A DNA stretch of 64,000 nt from Hydrolagus colliei (taxonomy: Eukaryota): the NCBI GenBank assembly GCA_035084275.1, contig CM068743.1, positions 51,398,001 to 51,462,000 of the forward strand. The letters run 5' to 3'. Position 1 is the stretch's first letter. Each line of letters starts with the position of its first letter. A program made the position numbers and the translations under genes. Of this stretch, positions 1-11,900 are shown piece after piece. Under the pieces are notes generated by a model that worked only from the letters and a program-made list of their open reading frames with translations, was not told the origin of the DNA and made no database searches.

Positions 1-1542
1 AATGGCAATCAAACTTTTTTTGTTGTGTGAAATTTAATGCAGTGCAAATCTAAGATTTTCTGGCAAAAATATAAAGGAAAGGTGTTTTTTGAGAAATTAT
101 GTTAGTTTTGGCCCTGCTCAGTTGTTTTTGGAAGAGAAAAACCTTGAAAACTGAAAGCAGTGTTTAACTTTAACTTTGACTATTTTCAACGTTTGCATTC
201 TTTTGAACCAGTCCCGGGCACATTGCATGGTTGTTAAGCTCATAACGTGCATTGAAATCATTGAGATTGTTACACAACCTTAAATATATTTAATTAGACA
301 TCATTAAATTATTCTGCCCCTTCACCAACCATACATTGTATTTCAATTCCTCGCATCTGCATTAAAACTCGCTTTGCTAGTTTAATACCATTGTCATTTT
401 ATAGAGGTATAAAAATAGATGGCCCCGCAACTAACACCGAGCGAGCAACATTCCTTTTAGCCGCTCTTCTTGACGTTGCTTTCTTTTTTCTGTGAACTTG
501 TTTTTAATGAAGGCATCCGAAGTGACTGCAATGCACCCGAGGAATATGTTCACAAAAACTAAACCTTTGAATGCGAGATGAGTTAGTGCAATAGATATTC
601 TCTCTCCCCCCCCCCCCCCCCCCCCCCCCCGCCACCCCTCCCAAGCATTTTCCACAATTCACATTAGCAGCAAACCTTGAGTTGTTTTTTAAAGTCTAGT
701 AGTTGATAATGGGGAAAGGTTTTGTTTGTTGTGGAGTTGAACGTGACCATGCCCGCTCCTCCGCTAGCCCGAGGCAGCAATATGTTCGCAAAACGCTCAA
801 TTCAACGCATTCTCTTGTCAGCTTTGTAGAGATTGATATCCATACTTTACGGCGGGATTCATTTCACACTGGTTTGGATAGATTCGAGAAAACATCTCCA
901 ACTCGGGGACGATGTTATTTATTTTCTCTCTGGGATCCACATATGGCTGTAATCTAGTGTATTAGGCGACGCAGGCTCGGGTGTGCATTAAACGCCATGT
1001 AAGCGTTTAAAAATCGATCGCTTTACCATTACAGAGTTCGCTAAGCTTGTTATGGAGTTCTGATCACCAAATTATCCAAAACTGTGAAAAATTTCTTCTG
1101 GCGAAATACAGTGAGCACGTTTTACTGCTGTCCCTATAAAATAAAACAAGAGTGAGCAAAGCAAATAGAGATTATTGGTGATTAAATTAACCAAAATGCA
1201 AATTCTTCTGTGGAAAGCGATATGTAGGAAATGTGTTGAAAAATCACTCTCTCTAAAAAATAAGTGGGTTTTGATATATTTCCACAGCGGAAATCGTTGG
1301 TTGTTATTTCCAAATCCATCCTCGCTTCAAGTCAGCTTGTTGGACCGACGTGCAGTAAATATGCCAAATGCGCCTTTGGTGTGACGGTTAAACACCTTCG
1401 CAGCATTTATTCGGGCTTTCCCCCCCTCCCCCCCCACCTCCCCTTGTCGGCTTTAGCAGAGCTGAGATGTGAGGAGCTTTGCGCGCTGGGTGTGAGGGGG
1501 GAATCCAAAGTGATGCATGTCAATTTCTCCAGGCAGGCATCT

Positions 1543-1650
1543 GGTCACATGACTGGCCTGTCCTCACGATGTATGGAGATACATTTCCACGTCAGCTTAC
1601 GTTTCCAAATTTTTACTCCGCGGATCAGCTTCAAAGAGGCAGCAGCATCT
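1543..1650 (+). promoter_or_regulatory. hoxa11 proximal promoter / 5' leader conserved block
   Basis: GGTCACATGAC E-box (1543-1553) followed by ATTTCCACGTCAGCTTACGTTTCCAAATTT...GGATCAGCTTCAAAGAGGCAGC, recognised from memory as close to the mammalian HOXA11 5' region; lies directly upstream of the CDS. Confidence 0.7.
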
Positions 1651-1712
1651 AAGGACCATGTTTAGCTCCGCGAATGCAAGCTATTCCTGCGCTAGGGGAC
1701 CCCAAGAAAGCG

Positions 1713-2322
1713 ATGATGGATTTTGATGAGCGGGTTTCTTGTGGCTCTAATCTGTACTTGCCCAGCTGCACCTACTATGTCTCGGGCCCGGATTTTTCCA
1801 GCCTTCCTTCTTTTTTACCCCAAACGCCGGCTTCTCGCCCCATGACGTACTCGTATTCTTCTAATATCCCCCAAGTCCAACCTGTGAGAGAAGTTACCTT
1901 CAGAGACTATGCCATCGACCCTTCAAATAAGTGGCATCACAGAGGCAATCTGTCCCATTGCTATTCCACAGAGGAGCTCATGCACAGAGAATGTCTGCCT
2001 GCTGCCACCATGGGCGAGATGTTGATGAAAAATAGCGCCGGTGTTTACCATCCCGGCTCTAACGCGGCTTCCAGCTTCTACAACCCGGTGGGCAGGAACG
2101 GGGTCCTGCCACAAGGGTTCGATCAATTTTTCGAGACCGCCTATGGGTCCAGCGAGAATCAGCCGTCAGAGTACTGCGGGGAGAAGAGCCCGGAGAAAGT
2201 ACCGTCTGCAGCAACTTCAAGTTCGGAGACTTCCAGGGTGTCCGTGGAGAAGGAGAGGAGTCCCGGGAGAAGCAGCCCCGAGTCTTCTTCCGGCAACAAT
2301 GAGGAAAAAGCCAGCAATTCCA
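1713..2322 (+). CDS. hoxa11: Homeobox protein HoxA11, exon 1
   Basis: [39 protein letters not shown]... is the Hox11 N-terminal domain. ATGs at 1713 and 1716; donor A|GTATGT at 2322/2323, phase 1. Confidence 0.95.
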
Positions 2323-3528
2323 GTATGTAGACTCAGTGCCCACTTATGAGAGAAAGTTTGCGATCTCGCGTGCTGCTGTTAAAAATTTTATGTGCTGTTT
2401 TATAAGCATATAAGGGGGTTTATGGACGGCCTGTAGATTTCCCAACAAAACTTTTTTTTATATATATAAATGACAGGATCACGTGCTCAGCTCTGAAATT
2501 GGCCGTGAAATAACTCCAGCCAATCGCTGCATTAAAATGCTCCCCTCTGCACCTCAAAAAACCGAGTTTGGGGTTCAAAATCTCATTCCTTAAATTATTA
2601 GGTGTAAATTCATGAAAAGATTACGCTTGGCCGCTTCTGATCTCCCTGTGTTCTAGAGCAGTCTAGCAATACTATAAAACACACGTGTTGACACAAAAAC
2701 TCTATTTATAGGTTGTATTCAGCTGCATAAGTAACCGCTTTGGAACATAATAAGGCAAAATGACATTTTTAACAGCTACATAAATAGTGTAATACTTTCA
2801 GCATTGAAGCCTTATATCATAAAAAAGTTATAACAGAACCGAGTAGCTATATTTTATTTAATAATCACATTTTATAGCTGGATGTTCGAGCGATACAGTC
2901 TTAAAGCTCCATATTACATTTGAAGGTTGCCCCATGTCGAGTTTCACACTACAGAATAACTGTAACGCGCACCCCCCACACCCCCCCTCCACCCCCTCGC
3001 CTTGAAGTCAAGATAGAAGTAGTTCCCAGCATTTAAACCATGAAACCTGAAGTGCCCCCATTCCCCCTGACCTTCACAGCCACAGCAACATGTTGACAAA
3101 ATGAAAGTCTGTACAGCTGCACAGTTGTCATTTCATCCCAAACTTTTTTCCTTGTCTTTAAAATCCCAATTGAATTGCAATGGTTCACGGTTCCTCTGTC
3201 CTAAAATAGACCGAGAATGTTTAGTGCTCAGTCTCACTTGTAGTTTGAAAGCATGTGGCTGGAAAGGGAGACCTGCAACTTTCAATTCAAATTGGATCAG
3301 TGCTGCAAACTTTGCAATTGTAGGCTTTACTCCACAAACTATCAAGATGTTTAAGAAAATGTATTTGCTTTTTAATGGCCTAGGGCAATGCTGAAAGAAA
3401 ATGGTGATCAAAATGGATGTAATCCAATGTTAGACATTGAATTTATTCACAGTGCGGAATATGTAAACGCACACAAAGTTAATCCATTTCGTTTATCAGT
3501 GGTCTCACACACTGTTTACCTGGTGCAG

Positions 3529-3761
3529 GTGGCCAACGTACACGGAAAAAGAGATGTCCCTACACCAAATACCAGATCAGAGAATTGGAGAGAGAGTTTT
3601 TCTTCAGTGTCTACATCAACAAAGAAAAGCGGCTTCAGCTTTCCCGGATGCTCAACCTCACCGACCGCCAAGTCAAAATTTGGTTTCAGAACAGGAGGAT
3701 GAAGGAAAAGAAACTAAACAGGGACCGCCTTCAGTATTACACCACAAACCCCCTGCTCTGA
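3529..3761 (+). CDS. hoxa11: Homeobox protein HoxA11, exon 2 (homeodomain)
   Basis: Acceptor TGCAG| at 3528; reads (S)[76 protein letters not shown], stop TGA 3759-3761. This frame is not in the ORF track. Spliced protein about 280 aa. Confidence 0.96.
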
Positions 3762-6047
3762 AATTACCCTGAGATTGAAGGAAGCACTTCTTACTAACTT
3801 CCCCCCATGCGAAGAATCTCCGGCAGAAACCAGAGCTAAAAGACCCCCTCAAGTTCGAGTTTGGGAGAAGACACTTTCATTCGGCTTTGACGGGATGGAC
3901 TACCTTGAGAAGGCTCGGACGCCTAGCAGATTTTCTCGAACTTTAAACTGTAACTGGAATCAATCTCCCTAGTTTATTTCACATTCGCAGGCAGGCACAC
4001 CACAGACACACCATCACGTTTCCAGCCGTGCTGTTTGTGTGCATTGTACAAAAGATTGACGTCGGGAGACCAAGGTGAATGCCTGGAGTTAGTTCAGCGA
4101 ACCCGAGGTCAAAAAAGAGAAAGTTTCGAACAAAAACTGAGATTATAAATGGCTCCGGATTTCAGCATCGGAGCCACACAAGAGAAACTCGACTGTTGTG
4201 GATCAGCTGCAATAATTTTTTAAAAAATAAAATGTGCGCATGCTTTAGATTAGGAAGCTTTCAGTGAATCTCAATGCCAATTCCAATTTATTGGACATAT
4301 ACATTATTTCTTATTTTCAGTGGCAAAGAGTGGCAAACCAAACAGCTACATTGTTCCTTTGCAGCTGAATTTTCTGCATAGAGCGATAAGTGTCCAAAGC
4401 ATCTGACGCCTGTTCATCGCATCTTAGAATATGGATATGTGCCTGTTTATATAGAGAGAATTAAAGATAGATTACAAGGTACAATGCATCTCTATAGCAA
4501 TTGTAAATGTTTTCCAATAATGTACATCCAATAGACCCCACAAAGTCCCATTTTTTTTTAAAAAGCATGCGTGTGAATATGCAACCAGAAGATTTGAGAT
4601 AAAGACGCGGCTTCTAAAGGAAATAAGTTTTGTGTTAAATTCACCAAGGGAGCAAAGAAAAATAAGTGTAATCTAATTATTTGCAGACGATCAAAACGAC
4701 GGGGTTTAATATTAATCACGCTGTCCTTTTCGGTAAAGTGATAAATAAGCATTTTTGAAAATGGGATATTTAAGCTGCTTAATCAGATCCGCGGGTGCTT
4801 AATTCCAATTTAACACATTTTCAACTGCAGTTTACTTTTAACTTTTCAAATAGAATATATAGTACCAGTATTAGCATATTCGAGCACAACTTGATGTAAA
4901 TATATCGCTCATTTTGGTACAATATGAATGTGTATGGACTGTTTTCAATGAGAATGGGGTTTCAAAAATGCTGCTCATGCATCCATTGTTTTCACGGATG
5001 ACTCTAAGGGGACAAATCTGCAGTAGTAATAATTCTTAAAGCCATCCTTATCCGTGTGAACCAAAGACAGAAATTAATTTCCTTATTTGCACAATGGCAA
5101 CATTTTCCTGTACATTCACCATATAAGCTTTTATAGGCCGATATATCCATAGGCCGCATTGTAGAAATATTGTCTACACGTTACCTGTTCACATATACCA
5201 GCCTTAAAACTGTTTTGATTGCTATTCTTATTTAATTTAAATGTTTCATTGTGATCTGTATCATGGCCATTGGTAGAAAAGAATGACATGCCTTTATGTG
5301 CTAATCGAATTGACAGATGACAGTGCTGCCAGCATAGCAAAGTATCCATGTCATGTTCTTCGATAATTCCAATTCAATCTGCGGCACACTGAATTCACTC
5401 CGAGAATATAAATGAAGGAAATTCCATAAAAGGTAGTGCTTTTTTACATTCCGCTACCAGTGTTAAAAACAGGAAAGAAATTCTTTTTAAAAAAAGTCTT
5501 AATCAAACGCTGTTTAATTAAATGTGATATCAAAATTTCCCTAACATTTGTATATAATTTATATTTATCAGTCTGAAAAAGTGTAAGAATTGCATGTACT
5601 CGTTCAGATGGCGCAAAAGTAAAATCCAAGATAGAAGAGGTAACTAAAGGTGGTTTTTATGGAGGCTTTTTTGAACTTTGTCGGGTCCTCAACGCAAACT
5701 AAAATCACCTGCAAGTACTGTACTCCTGTGCGTTTCATGTACGTAATAAACAATCATTAAAGCTGGATAACATTCCACACATATTATATATTAGTACTTT
5801 CTTTCTGGGTTACTTTTTAATGATTGAAGACTTTGAATCAGATAGAAGGCAAATATAAATACAAGTATTTGCTAAGACACCTTTGAAAACAATGCCATTT
5901 AAAACCGAGTTTCCTTGGAAATAATAGAATACTGTTTTTAATTAAACTCAGTTTAGTTTGTGAAAGTACTTGCAATTACAAGTTGTGTAATGTTGTGACT
6001 CTTCATCCTTTAACTGGAAAAACGCAGCTCCAAAAGTTAGGTAGGAT

Positions 6048-6078
6048 CCACAGCAGGATTTTTAGGATCCTGCTGTGG
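6048..6078. repeat. Perfect 12-bp inverted repeat with 7-nt loop
   Basis: CCACAGCAGGAT (6048-6059) and its exact reverse complement ATCCTGCTGTGG (6067-6078). Confidence 0.85.
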
Positions 6079-6732
6079 TAGTGATTGCCATGCTTTCATA
6101 TTACATATTTTAATACCAGTTTGCATTCTGCTTTCCTGCCTGTTTACTGGCTTTGAACTTCTGTTGCGCCATGGACGTCACCTCTAACCTTGGGGGTGAA
6201 GGAATAGCAGGGTTTGAAGCTTCCATACACCGGTTACACTCCCTCCGGAGGGGACAGATGCCCAGTACGAATTATAAAAGATTGGTCAAGAAGACTGACA
6301 GAGTCGCTGGCAGGTTAGAAACTTGTGCCATGGAAGCTTAACGTTGCGTGCGAATTTCTTTTAATAATGGATAGCGAAAGCCGTAATTAAAAGTTGTGTT
6401 TCGCGTTCAGCTTTAGGGAAGAGGGAGTTGAGACCAGGGATGTACCAGATTAAGAGGCTGAGGCATCCGAGGCAAATGACAAGGGATCTTCTCGGTTGCT
6501 GTGGTTACTAACAGCAGGACAAGCCATAAAGATCGTTTTAATATGGCTATCTTCGCCTTCGAAAGCTTACCGCAAATGGATCCAGAATTGAAACGCTGGG
6601 ATGGATTTCAAAATAATCCAATGTTAGCTGTTCTCACATTGTAGGTACCTCTTTCCAGCTTTCCTTGTTGGTTTCCCTGCGGTCTACGTGAAGAAGCTGT
6701 GACCATGATTTTTTTTCCAAAAGGACCACAGT

Positions 6733-6747
6733 CCACAGGGTGGCGCC
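6733..6747 (+). promoter_or_regulatory. CTCF-like motif, hoxa11-hoxa10 interval
   Basis: CCACAGGGTGGCGCC, approximate match to the CTCF core CCASYAGRKGGCRS. Confidence 0.4.
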
Positions 6748-8942
6748 ATTTAGATCAATGTCAAAGCCGCTTTGGAGCAACAAAACCTGTAAGGAAAATA
6801 CTTTTTTCTTCTTCTTCTTCGTTTTTTTTGTTTACCATTTGACCACTTTCAAAGGAAGTGCATTCGTTTCTTAATATCAATGTATTGCTTCGGAATTTGG
6901 AGAGTTAAGTTAAAAGCTTGCGGAATGTCTTAGCAAAGCCCCAAAGCCGTCGTCTGAAACGCACAAAAAGGTATGTGATCAGACTCCAAGCATGTACGGC
7001 AAGGACTTTTTTTTATTCCACCCAAGTCCATATCTCAAGTTAAAAAATATTTCAGTCATTTATTATTTTCCCTGCAGTTCTATCAATGGAAATTCTAAGT
7101 TTGATATTGAACTGCACGCGAGAATTAGTGCCCGAACCCATGAGAATTGTTGTTTGAATTTTATATCCGTGTACAGCCTCTGGTAAACGCAGATCTGCCC
7201 TGTTATTCCAACCTCACGAGCAGACTTGAGCGAGCTTGCAAACTAAGGCAGCGTTCAAGTGTATCTTACGTTCAATTAAAATTAAAACTTAAACACTTTT
7301 GAGCAGACAATATTTCAGAAATGAACTTCGGTTAGTATTCTAGTTACAACGTTTATTTCGACAGATAAAAATCGTTCTTCTTTATCTGTACAACTTTTCT
7401 TTTTTTAAAAAAAAACGATGATTTCCGTTATTGGGTGTCCTCTGCTGTGGTATAATGTATACAGACAGAATAGTAAGAAAAACATAGGCTTATTGCTATG
7501 TCACCAGTAAGGGAAAACGTGGTTTGACTTTCGGTATTTGGGTAACTTTTTCAGCTTCCTAGTTGCTAAAATGAATATACATATTTTCAGAAACCTTAAA
7601 ATAAATTTAAAGTATAATCCACTACAGCCAACTACAGAGCTAAGCTTTTTCTACCTAATATTTAACATGTTTCTTCAATTCGTGGAACCGTCTGTCTTTT
7701 TTTGTCTTTTGGCTACATCTGTGTGACCACAAAGGACAGATTGCTCTTTCTCTTCCTATTTTGAAATTAACTTATCATAGGAGGTTGTATTTTCTTAGAT
7801 TTTTTCCGTATAGAGTTAAAACATAAACCGAGTGTAATTGGATTGATACGTTGTCGATTTTGTTGACTATTTGTCATTTGCATACCCTTACTTCAAATAT
7901 CTGACCATTTCGTTTCGGAATAAGTGCCTGTGAAATGTTGTGAAACGTGGCAGTTTGGTATAATTGTTTACTGTGTATTTCACTTCAGTAGGCGGCTGTG
8001 CACTCTGCTTTTTCGTTGTATGTTTTTTTTAAATTTCGATTGGTGTTATTTAGCAGGATGTTTCTATTTTCCATTACAATATGTTATTATAGCAAATATT
8101 GATGATGGTTTGTACACTCGGGATTGTTCATATTTGCTTGTGACAAACAGATTTTTTTGAAAAAGTCTTGGTGCAGATCACTATTTAATAAACACAACAA
8201 ACCACATTAGAACTAATCATACAGTAGCTGTAAATAAATTAGTTCAGCATATGTTTCTATCAAGCAAAGGGTATTTCAATTCCGAGTTTGATAAGTGAAC
8301 TAAAATAATCAAATAATTATTTTATATTATATTATTTCGAATTATATTACAACTGAGCAGGATAGTCGTTCATTCAAAACTTTACCAGAATGCATTTCTT
8401 GTGTGCAAAACGTCACTTGACACTATAATTTACAATAATAATTAACTTCACAAGCAGGGCTGGACTGGGCACTGCTCTAACACACCATCTGCTAGAATTG
8501 GAGTGTGTAAATGCAGAATAAAATTCATAACGAATTTATTTTTCATTTACGCAAAACTGTTGTGCGTGTTGATAGCCGTATGTGTGTTTGTATAGCATGT
8601 GTGTATATATAATATTCCATGTCTATCTATTTAGTAAATTAACTGCTAATCAAGCAGAGCAAGTATTATGCATCAATTAAAGTCCAGTATTAATTCAATA
8701 ATTGCGTTTGGTAAACTTAGTTGTTTTCATGTTGAATTCGGATCCTATCAAAGGCACTTTTTTTTCTCAACCTGCTTTAACAATGACTCAAGAAAAGATT
8801 GCGTCTTACAACTTTATTGTGCGATTCTTAGTTTAATAGAGTGTTATTAGTGATCCGCGCATGTCATGGCGTGTTCTTATCTAGAATCAGTAAAACTTCA
8901 ATATTTAATGCACAAGTCAGTGGCTGATGTAACTTCAGACCA

Positions 8943-8958
8943 CAGCGCCCTCTGGGTC
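8943..8958 (-). promoter_or_regulatory. CTCF motif (candidate A10|A11 site)
   Basis: Minus strand reads GACCCAGAGGGCGCTG, a good CTCF core; a CTCF site between Hoxa10 and Hoxa11 is known in mammals. Confidence 0.55.
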
Positions 8959-11900
8959 TGGAATTAATGTTTGCACCACAGTGTTATACCAATGATTCAT
9001 TCATTCAGTGTGTATGTGGTATGTGACTGTCTGTATGTGTGTCTGTGAGTGAGAGAAATAGGGGAGAGTGGTGGTGGTGTTGGGGTGTGTGGGGGGGGGA
9101 ATTGTAAGTGAATTCACGGTTCACTTAAAGCAAATTCTTTAAACTATCTATATAATGCAAAATAGAATGGCAAAACAAACTGCAACCAATGAATCATACC
9201 TCTCCATTCACTGTGATAAACTAGCAATTTTGATCTCTATTAGTGCTCAATCTTAAGCTTCCAAAGAATCTTCTTATATTTTAGAATTACTAAAAATCCA
9301 TGCCCTGAAAACCACGTAGGAACTAGGACGCTTGTTTAAAGAATTAAACTCGCCAGGTAACAGATAAGTGAATTCTAAAAATTCTGGGAGGAATGGTGAG
9401 GATTTTCCACGTAAGAACGCCTAGCACCTCGGAACAGTAAGAAGCAGTACCAGATAGTAAGGATCAGTAAGAAACAGTGAGGGAAGCTAAAGAACAAACA
9501 GAGAAACCGACCTACTGCTGTGGGTGCTTTTATTGAAACTGTTAAGAAAATAGGACAGTCTAGACATTCTAAATTTGGGTTGAACGCTGATTGTTTTTTA
9601 CGGTGGGCTAATTTCTTCTTTCACTGTTTCAGACAAACACAGGGCAACAAACATTTGTTCTACACAACCAGTTGGCTTTTTCCACTAACGAATATAGATA
9701 CATTTTAGCTGTGACTGGTAACGCATATTGCTCTGCATGCAAACTCAGTCTGCTTGACTCCGATTTGGCATACAAGATAATCATTATGTTAAGGAATATT
9801 ATGCTGAAAGGCAGTTTTGTTGTGAGCAGTAAAGCGCACGATATTATAACACAAGGTTACTGTAGGTTGTTTGTTTCAAGCGGATGCGTGCCACGTTGAA
9901 CGAGCGACTGCATCTGGCGAAACTTTATTTTGTTATTCAGAGCTGAAACAGTGCGCCACACAGGAATCGCCTTTACACACCTATTCTGTAGCACGTTGGA
10001 CTGTATTTTATTTCTGCAGCAATGGAGGTTTGGCATTTTGATCAGCTATTAAACGACTTTAAATTGAGCATTAAAACACACACTACTCCTTTGTATGGAA
10101 GAATCAAACTATTGAATGCTGGCGTTCACGTCAGTGCAGTTCTATGCAGGAGACTAAGCGAGAAATTTGTTTTAATTGTATATTTTACACCAAGACTTGA
10201 TTTTCAACGCGGTGAGTAACATGGACATTCTTTTTGAATTGTGCCCTGACCCCCGCTGGGTCACCTTCACCATGGCCTAAGCAATTGAATTGCCGCCCTT
10301 TTTGGAATAAAGCCAGTGAGCAGATCTGTCAGCGGTATAAACAGTGCAGCCATTTATTTAAAAGCATACTAAATAAAATCAGAATCCGTGCCTTCCATTG
10401 TAAATTACCCAAATGAGTACAGAGTATTAAATAAGCGAAAGACGATGGCTTGTCTGAATAAAATCTAACAATAGCGTTTGTTTAGTAATAGTGTAGCAGA
10501 TAATGTCCGTTTCTATCATTGTGCGTGTGTTTTATATGCATGTATTATTATTATTAGTTATGTTTGAGTGCATTTGAGTGAACATTTTACGTCGAAACCT
10601 TTTTTTAAAAGTGCACACTGGCATCATAATCAACTTACCTGTTAAAGCGATATCGCCGTACCGTACACTGTAAAGTGGTGTGGAGAAACACTCCATTGAG
10701 ATCATTCCCCACAACATTAATTCTGATACATTTGAAGCTTAGCACCTTTTTTTTAAAGGTATCCTTGGTTCTGAATTTGTTTAAGTACCTTGGTCAGAAA
10801 ATGTGTGACCATAACAATATCGATATGATTTTATTAAAACCAAAGGCGCTCGTATTCATACCGTTCTTTGATTGTACAATATTGGTTCCTTTCTACCTGT
10901 TACTTTAATTGATAAGACTTGAGACATTGCAGTCGCTATTTAATTTTGATGAAATGACTGAAATAAGTAAGCAAAATTATGATTTTGAGCTTTAATGGAA
11001 CCATTTATGGAAAGCGTCAGGTTCTATTTAAAGCATAGAGTACAGTCAAAATAGACTGTATTTTAGATACTGTACGTAATACATCTGGATACTAAGAAAG
11101 TGTATTTAAGATGAAATAGAGCTGAATAAAATATATCGACTAGATTACATGTACATAAACTGGTTGGTATGTACTGTGCAACTGATATGGTTGATTTGTA
11201 CTATACGTTCATAATAGCAATCAATTAATTTTTTTTATTTTTCCTCCATGTTTTACTAAGATTATTTTTACAACAATGCAAGGATTATTTCGTTTTCTAT
11301 CTTTCTTTTATATCAGGGGATCTTCGGTTCATTTACATCGGAAAAAATAATTTCTGCATTTATTCCTGATCAGTAACCGCCAGGTTATTTAATCAACTCC
11401 CGTTAAGAAATCGGACAAATGATATCGCAGCAAATTAGTAAGACTCGAAATTAGTGGGAAAAACAAGTCTGTAGTGAATAAAATAAACAAATCAACATGA
11501 GGGTTTTCTCCTAATTATTTGGCTCTGATATTAATGTGCATTGTTTTGGGGAGTATCTATACAAATATGATTTCATACAATTTTACCCCCACAATAATGT
11601 TTCTGTAAACGTTTCTGTTTCCCAACAACGTACTACAGCTTTAGCCTTAAAATCTAACACAGGGAAGGCTGCGTTTTAATGCCCAACGGATGTTAGTCTT
11701 TGATCCATATTTGTCCGAAAAAATGTTTTATGTAAAGACGAATTAAAATAAACTTTCAAATACACATTGATATAACAAACTGTCCCGGAACCTGAAGTTT
11801 TCAATAAAACAGGTTAACGTAAAGACAGATACAATACGTCATTATTTTCAGATTTATCTCTTAGGCAAAATAATAATTATCTTTTTTTCAAACCTAAACT

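Noticed and set aside
3388-3772. ORFs listed over hoxa11 exon 2
   Set aside because: Wrong frames; the homeodomain is in the third frame, entered by splicing at 3529.
9435-9482. Degenerate CAGTAAGAAG 10-mer array
   Set aside because: Short low-complexity tandem repeat with no spacer structure; not CRISPR-like or otherwise informative.
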